NCBI GenBank assembly: GCA_051294375.1
Contig: CM119266.1
Span: forward strand, 23,118,350-23,182,349
DNA length: 64,000 nt
Direction: 5' to 3'
Source: Paraspadella gotoi
Taxonomy: Eukaryota > Animalia > Chaetognatha
Both the position numbers and the translations under genes were made by a program. Of this stretch, positions 54,186-64,000 are shown piece after piece. The notes beneath the pieces are model-generated. The model saw only the letters and a list, made by a program, of their open reading frames with translations. It had not been told where the DNA came from and ran no database searches. How positions within the stretch are numbered: the first letter of the stretch is position 1; each line of letters opens with the position of its first letter.

Positions 54186-54224
54186 ACGGACCGTTTCAAC
54201 TCTTTTTCGAGCCTTCATCAGCGT
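54186..54224 (-). ncRNA. Minimal hammerhead ribozyme (duplicate, 1-nt deletion in stem III)
   Basis: Same as 47217-47256. Confidence 0.6.
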
Positions 54225-54958
54225 TAATAAACATTTACAAATTTGTGCAAAAGAAGGGAAAGAGAGAGAGAGAGAGGAGAAAGAAGGAGAGAAAGGGCAA
54301 AAAGTTTCCAACACAGAGATAGTGGTTTAAAGAATGAGTCAGTTTAAGTTGAAGACAGATCAGTTGTTGAAGAGAAGTGAAATGGTCAATTGGTGAAAAG
54401 AGAGAGACAGAGAGAGAGAGAGAGGAGAGAGAGTAGGAGAGAGAAGAAACAGAGAGAGACAAAATAATACATTGTGCAATGTACAACCAGGAATAAGTTT
54501 AAACTAATAGTGAATTTAACAATTAATCTAATAATATATGTGTTTTATTCGTTACAACAATTAGTTGAAACAGTACATTCAAAAGGGCATACAGCATTAC
54601 AGATAAACGCATAAATTGTACAGTTTTACAATTCAAAAAAAATATAAATATTTAAATTAACAGAACGAAAAAAGAAAAAAAAATCAACAATAAGCTGACA
54701 AGATTTTTAGAATATTGTTTCTAGAGAAAAAAGCTTGGATTCAAAGTTTTTTTTTTTTTTAAATAGATAGTAATGAAAGGAAAGAAAGTTTTTAAATGTG
54801 AAATGATACATTTTTTGTGGAGGGATAGATAAGAGTGACTGTTAAAGTGAAAAATTAAGAATTATGATAGAGGCTCAAAAATGAGCAGGCCCCCTTGTAG
54901 CCAGGACATTATTATTATTATTATTATTCATTATTATTAGATTAATTGTTAAATAGTA

Positions 54959-56762
54959 CGTGTCGGGAAATGGATAATGGGTTTTTGATGAGCGGATTCT
55001 GTCGCGTCGGCTGGAGGCGTGCAACTTTGACTCTAAGCATTCGAGAAGTTGACGCCGTCACTGTTGTTGTAAGGGGCGTTGTCGAGTTGAAAGTCGTCGA
55101 CGCATGCATCCGGGGATGCTAATGCCTTCCCCCAACAGACCATGTCCCCGCTGAGCGCCGATGTCTTCTTTTACTCGTTGTTCTTATCGCTAGAAGAGTC
55201 ATCGGCAATTCCAAAACCATTTGGCTCGATTTTTCTTTGCTAAGGCGATGAGTGATTCTTTGAGTTGCCTGTGAAAGCTGATACTTTATGATGCTTTTAT
55301 CCCCATTGTTTCATCAGTTGTCTCCACAAAGCTGAGTTGAATTGTGTTCCCCTGTCTGTAGTGATTACAGAGCGGGTACCGAATACACTATCCACTCAAG
55401 GCTCAACGTCTAGATCGTTGAAGTGAGGGGTGTTGGGAATTGGGATGCAGCCGGCCATCTTGAGAAAAGTGGCGCGGTTACTTTTGCCCTCTGGCAATCT
55501 AGACAGTCCTGGCCCACTTTGAAACATCTTGACGCATGTTATTCCAAACGAATTTCTTGTCGCGTCCACGCCTGGGTGCCCTAATCCATGTATAACGTTT
55601 AATATTTTCTTCGCCATGAGCCGGTACGAATAGACGGGCAGGTTCGTTTGAAGGTCTGACCTTGCTTCTTCCGCGATTCTCTGGTAATCTGGGTCGAGAA
55701 CTTGTTCTTGAGCCATTTACTCAAAATTGGTTTCGAAACTAGTTAGAGATGCAATTACCGCCTGCGCATGTGTCTTCGAGTCGATTTAGTTTTATTGATT
55801 TTTCTTTCGAGTTTTCCAGATTTTTGAATTCGCGTTTTCCATCGAGTCTCGTACTCCATTGCGATGTAAATTCTCTTTCTTTCCGCGTTGTCATCGTCGT
55901 CATCTGAGGCATCATCATTGATATTGACGCTCTGTAGCTGCCACTGGCGCCGCTGCTGCTGCTGACAGGGAATCTGTCGCCGTTAGTGATGCGCTATCTG
56001 CTCTGCTGGCGCTGCTGAGGCTGCTGACGAGGCCATCAATTTTGTCGCTGTCGTCATTATCGACGTCGTCGACGATCTGGTGTTGATGACGTTATTGACG
56101 GTTTTGTTGGCTCCGAATTCATGTTGAGTGATTGACTTTCCGACCGCCGACGAGCCGCGAGCACGTGGCCACGAATGTTGCTCTATCTTATCTTCATTTA
56201 TAACTGCAGCCATCTGTCTTAAACTCAACGATCACTGAGAGCTGATATGACTGACGAACGGCTGAGACTCTGCTTTCTTTCGAATCGCCGTCACCAGGCT
56301 TTGGTGATCCGTATACAAGGTAAATGATCTACCTTCGACCCAGTGCCTGAATTGGCAGACAGCTTTGAAGGCGTCAAAAAGTTCTTCATGGAACGGAGGC
56401 CATAAAGCGTTGGTGTTTGGCCAGAGGCTTCCATCCTTTTGGGCCTCTTTGCTCCAGTACTGCTCCAACGGCCAAATCTGAGGCATCCGTTGTGATGCAA
56501 AGTTTTGCTCCGGTTCTAGGATGATGAAGTCATGCCGCTTGGATCTGAAACGCTTGTTCACAGTCGTTTGTCCAGTCACAGTTTTTGGCTTGCCACTGAG
56601 GGCCTCGTACAAGGAGCGCATCTGTGGGCGACTCTGGGGATAAAACGCCTGTAGTAATTTATCATCCCCTGAAATCTCTGCAGTTCCTTTATCATCGTGG
56701 TCGAGCAGTTTCCTGTAGCATTTGAACGCGTTCTGGAAGCGGCCTCACTCCGTTGTTATCGC
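54959..56762 (-). pseudogene. Gypsy pol fragment
   Basis: QRF.GMINYYRRFIP, FRHWVEGRSFTLYTDHQSLVTAI (RNase H) and IHGLGHPGVDAT (integrase zinc finger). Confidence 0.9.
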
Positions 56763-58490
56763 CCGCTCCTTCTCTTTCTTCTCCTCCTCCTCTTCCTCCT
56801 CCCTCACTGACCCAGCCCCAAGTCCCCCACCCTCTCCCCCACCCACCATCCCCCTTTTACGTTTTTTGCTCCCTCCTTCCTCTTCTCTACAGCTTCCACG
56901 CGAACGGGTCCGAACGAAGAAGAAAAGAGCAAAAAGAACAACAACAACAATGAAAAGATGGGAATGAGCCAACGATGACAAACAAGCCGACAATAGTAAT
57001 AGCCCAATAGTATTAACTCGACAGCCTCTCAGTCGACCTCAAAGAGATGTTGAAGAGACAAAAGAAGTTCAATGACAACAACAACATTGAAAAAAATAAA
57101 AAACCCCTGTCGACCTAATCGACAGTGGGACTTCTTCTCCCGGCATCCTCGGTCTTCTTCCCGTCTCCGTGCTCCAACTGTCAATTGTACACTTATTATA
57201 TAAAGTATTATTATGTATTTTGATATTTTTGGTATTTTTTGAATTTTTGTAATTTTGGATATCTTCATTTTGAAAAACGTTTTTGCATGTTTAAAACCGG
57301 TACAGAGGACCTGGTTGTGAATATTATTGTATTTTAGTAGCATTTTTATATTATTTATCAACATTCTGTTCAATCAGTCTCGAGATAGACAGACAACTTA
57401 TTTTGTTCTAATATTTAAGACCATATATGTATAACAGGGGGCCATGGAGCCGCTCGAGGAATCAAATCTATTACAGAATAATTCCTCCACTTATGGGATT
57501 CGAACCATCGAACTCAAGCTCTGGACGACCTGAGTTACAACTCAGAGCCATCCAGACGGCCCTGATTCCTCAGAGAATCTAAACCTATTTAAAACTTTAA
57601 AAACAAATGGCGCCAAGACATCTTTGGTGAACAGAGCAACTGTTTTTAAGAAAAACAAAAGATTTCTAAATCGAGATTTAAAGCTTTAAATGAAAAACAA
57701 TCACTGAGAAATCAGGGCCATCTGAGTGGCCCAGAGCTGTAGCTCGAGTCACTCAGAACTTGAGTTTGATGTTCAAATCCAACCATGGATGAATTTTCTA
57801 TAAAAGATCTGATTCGCTCAAGTGGCCACAGGGGGCCCCTGTTGTAATATATGGTTAAATATATTAAAACAAAAATGTTGTCGTCCATCTTGTGTGACTG
57901 AAAGTATGTTGATAATAATATATCGAAATATATAGTAATATATAACGTAAGACCGGTTTAAATGTGCAACGAAAAATAAATTTTCAAAATCTAAAAAATT
58001 GAAATACAATGAACATTCTTGGTGATATACGTAAGAATATGACAGTACATAGCGTGACGGTAGATATCCGGAAGCGAGGTACGACGGACACTGAGAGCGA
58101 TGGCGGTGAGGAAGACCGAGGACTGCCGAGATGCTCCGACTATCATTAGGTCGACAGGGGGTTTTATTTTTTGTTTCTTCGTCGTTGTTGTTGTTGTCAT
58201 TCTGTATTTTTGACGTCGAAGCATCTCCTTGAGCATGACAGAGTAAGTGGGTCGATTAGTGATTGGCATCCTGCTCGAAAAGTTCTCTGGCGTTGGTTTT
58301 GAGATTCTTTTGATCGTTTGTGTTCGTTTTTTCCTTTTTCGTTGTTGTTGTTGTTGTGATTCTCTCTTCTTGCTTCTGGGGATTGACTCGTCTCGCGTGG
58401 AGGCTGAGGAGAGAGGGAGGGTGGGTCGGGGGAAGGTGGGTGGTTGGGAGTGAGAGGGGGAAGGAGGAGGAGGAGGAACCAGTTCGGGCG
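56759..58490. mobile_element. Tail-to-tail pair of diverged Gypsy-like 3' ends (also 49976-51771; partial at 46400-47172, 53394-54142, 60165-61320)
   Basis: Diverged inverted arms, each with a C-rich tail, LKEML(R/K)RQK, an AT-rich UTR, PPT-like ACAGGGGG and a TG-starting ~160-bp LTR-like segment. The left LTR ends in CA followed by PBS-like TGGCGCC. Confidence 0.7.
57448..57561 (-). ncRNA. Putative structured Pol III-type RNA (variant L)
   Basis: Same fold with compensatory changes (TCTGGATGGC/GTCGTCCAGA, GAGT-TGTA-ACTC); B-box GGTTCGAATCCC. Confidence 0.55.
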
Positions 58491-60164
58491 ACGCTGCGCG
58501 TTGAATATTTGAACGAGTTGTCCGAGTTGTTTCTGCCGGCGTCCTCGTTCGTAGGCCGGGCTGGCGGCCTGCTGGGCGTCGCTGAGGATGCTCTGATCAA
58601 CCTCCAACGTCTCGTCGGAAACCCACGCTGGTTTGACGCGGGCGATGTTTAGCGTTTCGCGGCCTTACTTGGGATTTTGATGGTGACATTAAGGCCGTTG
58701 CGATTCACTACACGGTAAGGTCCTTCATATGGTGCTGTAAGTGGAGGGTGAACGCCTGCTCCCCTGACGAAAATGTGTTGAGCGGTGTCGGGGAAATGGA
58801 TAACGGGTTTTTGATGAGCGGATGTCGCCGTCGGCTGGAGGCGTGCCACTTTGACTCTAAGATTCGAAAGTTGACGCCGTCACTGTTGTTGTAAGGCTGC
58901 GTTGTCGAGTTGAAAGTCGTCGACGATGCATCGGGGACGCTAATGACTTCCCAAAGACCATGTCCGCCGCTGACGCGCCGATGTCTTTCTTTATCGTTTT
59001 TCTTATCGCTAGAAGAGTCATCGGCAATTTCCAAAACCATTAGTCTCGATTTTCTTTGCTAAGGCGATGAGTGATTCTTTGAGTTGCCTGTGAAAGCTGA
59101 TGCTTTATGATGCTTTATCCCCATTGTTTCATCAGTTGTCTCCACAAAGCTGAGTTGAATTGTGTTCCCCTGTCTGTAGTGATTACAGACGGGGTACCGA
59201 ATACACTTATCCACTCAAGGCTCAAAGCGTCTAAGATCGTTGAAGTGAGGGTGTTGGGAATTGGGATGCAGCCGGCCATCTTGAGAAACAGTGGCGCGTT
59301 ACTTTTGCCCTCTGGCAATCTAGACAGTCCCTGGCCCACTTTGAAACATCTTGACGCATGTTATTCCAAACGAATTTTGCGGAGATGGCTTTTCTTGTCG
59401 CGTCCACGCCTGGGTGCCCTAATCCATGTATAACGTTTAATATTTTTCTTCGCCATGACGCCGGTACGAATAGACGGGCAGGTTCGTTTGAAGGTCTGAC
59501 CTTGCTTCTTCCGCGATTCTCTGGTAATCTGGGTCGAGAACTTGTTCTTGAGCCATTTGCTCAAAATTGGTTTTGAAACTAGTTACGATGCAATTACCGC
59601 CTGAGTGTCTTCGAGTCGATTTAGTTTATCGATTTTCTTTCAAGTTTTCCAGATTTTTGAATTCGCGTCATCATCTGAGGCGTCATCATTGATATTGACG
59701 CTGCTGTAGCTGCCACTCGCCGCTGCTTCTGCTGACGGGAATCTGTCGCCGTTAGTGATGCTATCGCTGCTGCTGGCGCTGCTGAGGCTGCTGACAAGGC
59801 CATCAATTTTGTCGCTGTCGTCATATCGACGTCGTCGACGATCTGGTGTTTGATGACGTTATTGACGGTTTTGTTGGCTCCGAATTTCATGTTGAGTTTG
59901 ACCGCGAGAGGGCGTCGGCCACAATGTTGGCCTTACTCTAAAATAACGCACATCTGTCTTAAACTCAGCGATCACTGAGAGCTGATATGACTGACGAACG
60001 GTCTGAGACTCTGCTTTCTTTCGAATCGCCGTCACCAGGGCTTTGGTGATCCGTATACAAGGTAAATGATCTACCTTCGACCCAGTGCCTGAATTGGGGG
60101 ACAGTTTTGAAGGCGTTGGTTTGGCCAGAGGCTTCCATCCTTTTGGGCCTCTTTGCTCCAACGG
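58485..60164 (-). pseudogene. Gypsy pol fragment
   Basis: WISVFGTPSVITTDRGTQFNSALW (integrase core) and HPPLTAPYEGPYRV (GPY/F), with internal deletions. Confidence 0.92.
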
Positions 60165-60761
60165 CCTAATCGACAGTTGGAGCTTCTTCTCCCGGCATCC
60201 TCGGTCTTCCTCCCGTCTCTGTGCTCCAACTGTCAATTGTACACTTATTATATAAAGTATTTTATGTATTGGTATTTTTTGGTATTTTTTGAATTTTTGT
60301 AATTTTGGTATTTTTCATTTTGAAAACGTTTTTGCATGTTTAAACCGGTACAGAGACCTGGTTGTGAATATTATTGTATTTAGTAGCATTACTATATTAT
60401 TTATCAACATTCTGTTCAATCACTCGAGATAGACGACAACAATTATTTTGTTCTAATATTAAGACCATATATTATAACAGGGGCCATGGAGCCGCTCGAG
60501 TGAATCAAATCTATTACAGAAATAATTCCTCCACTTATGGGATTCGACCATCGAACTCAAGCTCTGGACGACCTGGGTTACAACTCAGAGCCATCCAGAC
60601 GGCCCTGATTCCTCAGAGAATCTAAACCTATTATTAAACTTTAAAAACAAATGGCGCCAAGACATCTTTTGGTGAACAGAGCCACTGTTTTAAGAAAAAC
60701 AAAAGATTTCTAAATCGAGATTTAAAGCTTTAAATGAAAACAAAAATCACTGAGAAATCAG

Positions 60762-60876
60762 GGCCGTCTGAGTGGCCCAGAGCTGTAGCTCGAGTCACTC
60801 AGAACTTGAGTTTGATGGTTCAAATCCAACCATGGATGAATTATTTCTATAAAAGATCTGATTCGCTCAAGTGGCC
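60762..60876 (+). ncRNA. Putative structured Pol III-type RNA, antisense within LTR-like segment (variant R)
   Basis: Stems GGCCG/TGGCC, TCTGAGTGGC/GTCACTCAGA, GAGC-TGTA-GCTC and CTTGAGT/GCTCAAG; B-box GGTTCAAATCC at 60817-60827. Confidence 0.55.
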
Positions 60877-61581
60877 ACATGCCCCCCTGTTGTAATATAT
60901 GGTTAAATATATTAAACAAAATGTCTGTCGTCCATCTTGTGTGACTGAAAGTATGTTGATGATAAATATATCAAAATATATAGTAATATATACGAAGACC
61001 GGTTTAAAATGTGTAACGAAAAATTAAATTTCACAAAATCTAAAATTAAAAAATTGAAAAATACAAAAACACTATGGGTAACGATGTAATATTGACAGTC
61101 GGAGCGAGGAGACGGGAGGAAGACCGAGGATGCCGGGACGAAGATGCTCCGTCTGTTGATTAGGTCGACAGGGGGGTTTTATTTTTGTTTTCTTCGTCGT
61201 TGTTGTTGTTGTCATTCTGTATTTTTGACGTCGAAGCATCTCCTTGAGCATGACAGAGTAAGTGGGTCGATTAGTGATTGGCATCCTGCAAGAAAAGTTC
61301 TCTGGCGTTGGTTTTGAGAATCTTTTTTTTTTGATCTCATTAAAAAGGTCTTTTGATTTCCCATGTTTATTAAAGATTTAAAAAAAAATTCAATATTATA
61401 TACTGCAATATGTAAATTAGATTAAAGCATTTCTATATACTAATTTGGATGTTATAATGAGTACTATAATCTCATTTGCATATTGCAGTAAATCATAATG
61501 AAGTGGAAATTCAAACAAAAAATAATTAAATCTAAATGTAATATGAAAATATCAAAGCTATTTCATGATGAGAAGCCATAT

Positions 61582-61831
61582 CTGCAGTCGGGCATTGCCT
61601 AGGTTCACCCCGCCTAGAATCATGACACTTTCAGTTGTTACCCGGTGGCTCATTGAGTAAAGCCATCAGCTCATGACCATTAGGTACCGGGTTCAATCCC
61701 AACCCGGTACCTACCCTGCGGGAAGCGTGAGGACGGCCGTAAGCCGCCTTGGGGGCATGGCAAACCCTCAAGCCTAGTTCCAAGCCCAGGTACCCGTTCC
61801 ATGGCTGCTAGAGGGGGTTATAGAAGTTACG
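61582..61831 (+). mobile_element. ~250-bp tRNA-containing repeat, family 2
   Basis: tRNA-like TACCCGGTGGCTCATTGAG...CTCATGA...GGGTTCAATCCCAACCCGGTA at ~61639-61709, starting ~57 bp inside the element. Confidence 0.8.
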
Positions 61832-61889
61832 TTATTTAAAAAAAAAACGGTAAGTCCCAGTCAAAACTATAAAAGCGTAGTAGTTTTTA

Positions 61890-62003
61890 TATAAAAACAG
61901 CGTGACGCCGACGACAATGACGACGCCGACGACGTCACAAAGAAGAAATCCTAAATCATTATAGAGCCAGGACCAGGCGAAGCCTGTCCTGGCTCGATAA
62001 AAA
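61890..62003 (+). mobile_element. 3' end of a second Helentron-like family
   Basis: (GAC)n-like tract and hairpin GAGCCAGGAC..GTCCTGGCTC. Related pieces at ~5110-5200 (inverted), ~5435-5470 and ~8070-8100. Confidence 0.5.
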
Positions 62004-62051
62004 CGTAAAAAAATATTTTTAGATTTAAAAAAATTTAATTTTCTTTACTAG

Positions 62052-62166
62052 CGCAAGACGAGTTGAAAATAGGCGAATGTTTTCTTTTATCTATTATTTA
62101 GTTACTATTACATTTGGTGTTGGAGATGAAAGTGCTGTTTATCCTGGAGATATCTTAAGCTTCGGT
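62052..62166 (+). CDS. Exon of CNGK-like channel: pore helix and selectivity filter
   Basis: ttactag/gtaaga, phase 2->0. ARRVENRRMFSFIYYLVTITFGVGDESAVYPGDILSFG resembles the K-channel/CNG pore loop (TxTVGYGD). Confidence 0.8.
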
Positions 62167-64000
62167 GTAAGAGATGTGTAATAAGCTTTTAAAATTTTTT
62201 TTAAAAATTTTTTTGAATCTTTATTAAAAAGTTAAAAGTAATAACTTTAAACTTTTTTTAAAGTTTTAAGTTGGTTCTCTGAAGAAAATAAATTTAATTT
62301 TAAAAACAAGAACGGGGATTCCAATGTGTTGCGCCGCAGTGAATTTATTTTCTTGTGTATTTCCCTTTAATCACATGATATGACGTGACATGACGAAAAC
62401 ACTTTTTAAGTCCTTGTATTTATGACATGCACTGCATCGAAATATCGTCTTTTATTCCTTAGTTTTAAAGATTTCCCGATGGCGGCGCGAGCAGTCCCTT
62501 AGTTTTGAAGTTTTTTTCCTGTCTTAACAAATGAGCCAACAACTATGGGCGAATTATATGCATTTTTGACAGACCAATGGACAGACATACAGACCGACCG
62601 ACATACGACACGATGAAAGTTAACATGGCGTAGTGTATGCAACCATAAAAAAAATCGGTGATTGAAATCATTATCTCTGAATAGGTTATATGAAACATCA
62701 TGGTTTTCTTCATATATGAAAAAAAAATCAATTCAAAATAATATCTGGTAGTTAGGATATGACTAAATATAGGATAATGAAAAATATGAATATATACAAT
62801 TTTTTTTATTATATTTTAACTTTTTTTTTGCTATTTGATAGTCTATTTCTATAAACCATTTTATCCGTTTATCTGTCCACCCCTCATATCTTGTTGGTAA
62901 ATTACTTGGTTCATCTTAGAATACTGATTTATAAAAAATTATCCAAAACAATTGAATCCTTCCCTCTTTCCATACATTTATTTGTTTGTCCATCCATCTA
63001 TAACTTTAACACTTGAATTAATTGATGGATTGATCTGAAATTATGTGTGTTGCCAGAAAAGAGGTTGATTGAGCTTAATCTTAAGTTTGGACAAAATAAT
63101 TCTGGTAAAAATTATTTTAAATAAAAAAAATAAAAAATAATTTGAATTATTAATTTTTTTATTTTAAAAAGTAAAAATATATAATTACAATAACAACAAT
63201 AATAAGTATAACTATAATAACAACAATGACTCTTTCTTTTTCTCACTCAATATCCTTCTTTATTTTTCTATCTTTCTCTCTCTCAATCTATTTCTCGTTT
63301 TCCTTTTTGATCTCATTCTTAACTTACCTTTTCTCCAAGCTCCTTACTTTTTAAACTTTTAATATTCCAATTCATCTCCTCTATCTTTATACATTCATGT
63401 GAGCTTTGTTTTATTCATAAAAGTATAAATATTACCTTTTAAAAAAAACTGACTTATGCTCATTGAAAATTTTATTTCTACTCTAAAATAAAAGATATCA
63501 AAAAAAAAATCAGATTATAGTAAAATCAAATAGCTAGAAGCTGATTTTTTTTTTAATTTAAAATTTGTTCTCTATTTCCAGATCTAAAATTTTCAATGCT
63601 CAAAATCTTTTTTTCCAAAATGTTTTTTTAAAATTTTTTTAAGAAATAAAAATGTTTATGGTACAGAAGTTATAGTACAAACTGTTTCAAAATATATATA
63701 TATATGATTGCAATAACATGACTTAACTCAAAATGTCTTCCTTATTCTTTGCCTCAACACTGAAGGAATACAGTAAAAAAAAGTCAAATCTTGAAAAAGT
63801 GAAAAAAAAAATTTGAAAATTTAATTTTTTTTTTTAAATTGATTGATCTAAAACTTATATTTTTTAAATTTAAAATTATGAAATAATGGATCAGAGAGTA
63901 AGATCTTTTTTTCAGCTATCATTTGGTATATAATTATAATCATTTTTAATATTTTTTGGCTATATAGTTTAACTGACAAATCAAGGAGTACAAAATTTTG

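Larger units (their letters stand above)
46400..61320. repeat. Tandem amplification (~7-kb period) of Gypsy fragments, tail-to-tail LTR modules and a Penelope remnant
   Basis: Units ~46420-53395, ~53395-60165 and partial 60165-61320 are collinear, with many small indels. Confidence 0.85.

Noticed and set aside
47882-60236. Intact retroviral or viral genes among the many ORFs
   Set aside because: All are frameshifted, internally deleted Gypsy pol pieces or their antisense frames.
61639-61709. Functional tRNA-Met gene
   Set aside because: Anticodon and T stems do not pair fully, and the unit is embedded in a dispersed repeat.

Overview
AT-rich, repeat-dense eukaryotic (most likely invertebrate animal) genomic DNA with one 100-N gap (5010-5109) and indel-rich stretches that look like low-quality consensus. 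Most of the supplied ORFs are spurious. Reading splice sites by hand gives one + strand host gene spanning about 8.8-62.2 kb in ten phase-compatible exons. It encodes a cyclic-nucleotide-binding domain followed by a new transmembrane repeat with a pore loop (TITFGVGD), i.e. part of a multi-repeat CNGK/tetraKCNG-like channel. Its introns are filled with mobile DNA: a TRIM with tRNA-like LTRs (Helenus-like; full copy, truncated copy, solo LTR; 4-bp TSDs), a second tRNA-containing repeat, Penelope-like remnants with minimal hammerhead ribozymes, Helentron/DINE-1-like elements, a 3-kb palindromic Tc1/mariner derivative, a Mutator-like foldback element, and LINE and Gypsy fragments. A ~15-kb tandem amplification contains two diverged Gypsy 3' ends fused tail-to-tail. 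Their short LTR-like segments carry an antisense, B-box-containing RNA structure with compensatory base changes. All calls come from manual reading; no searches were run.
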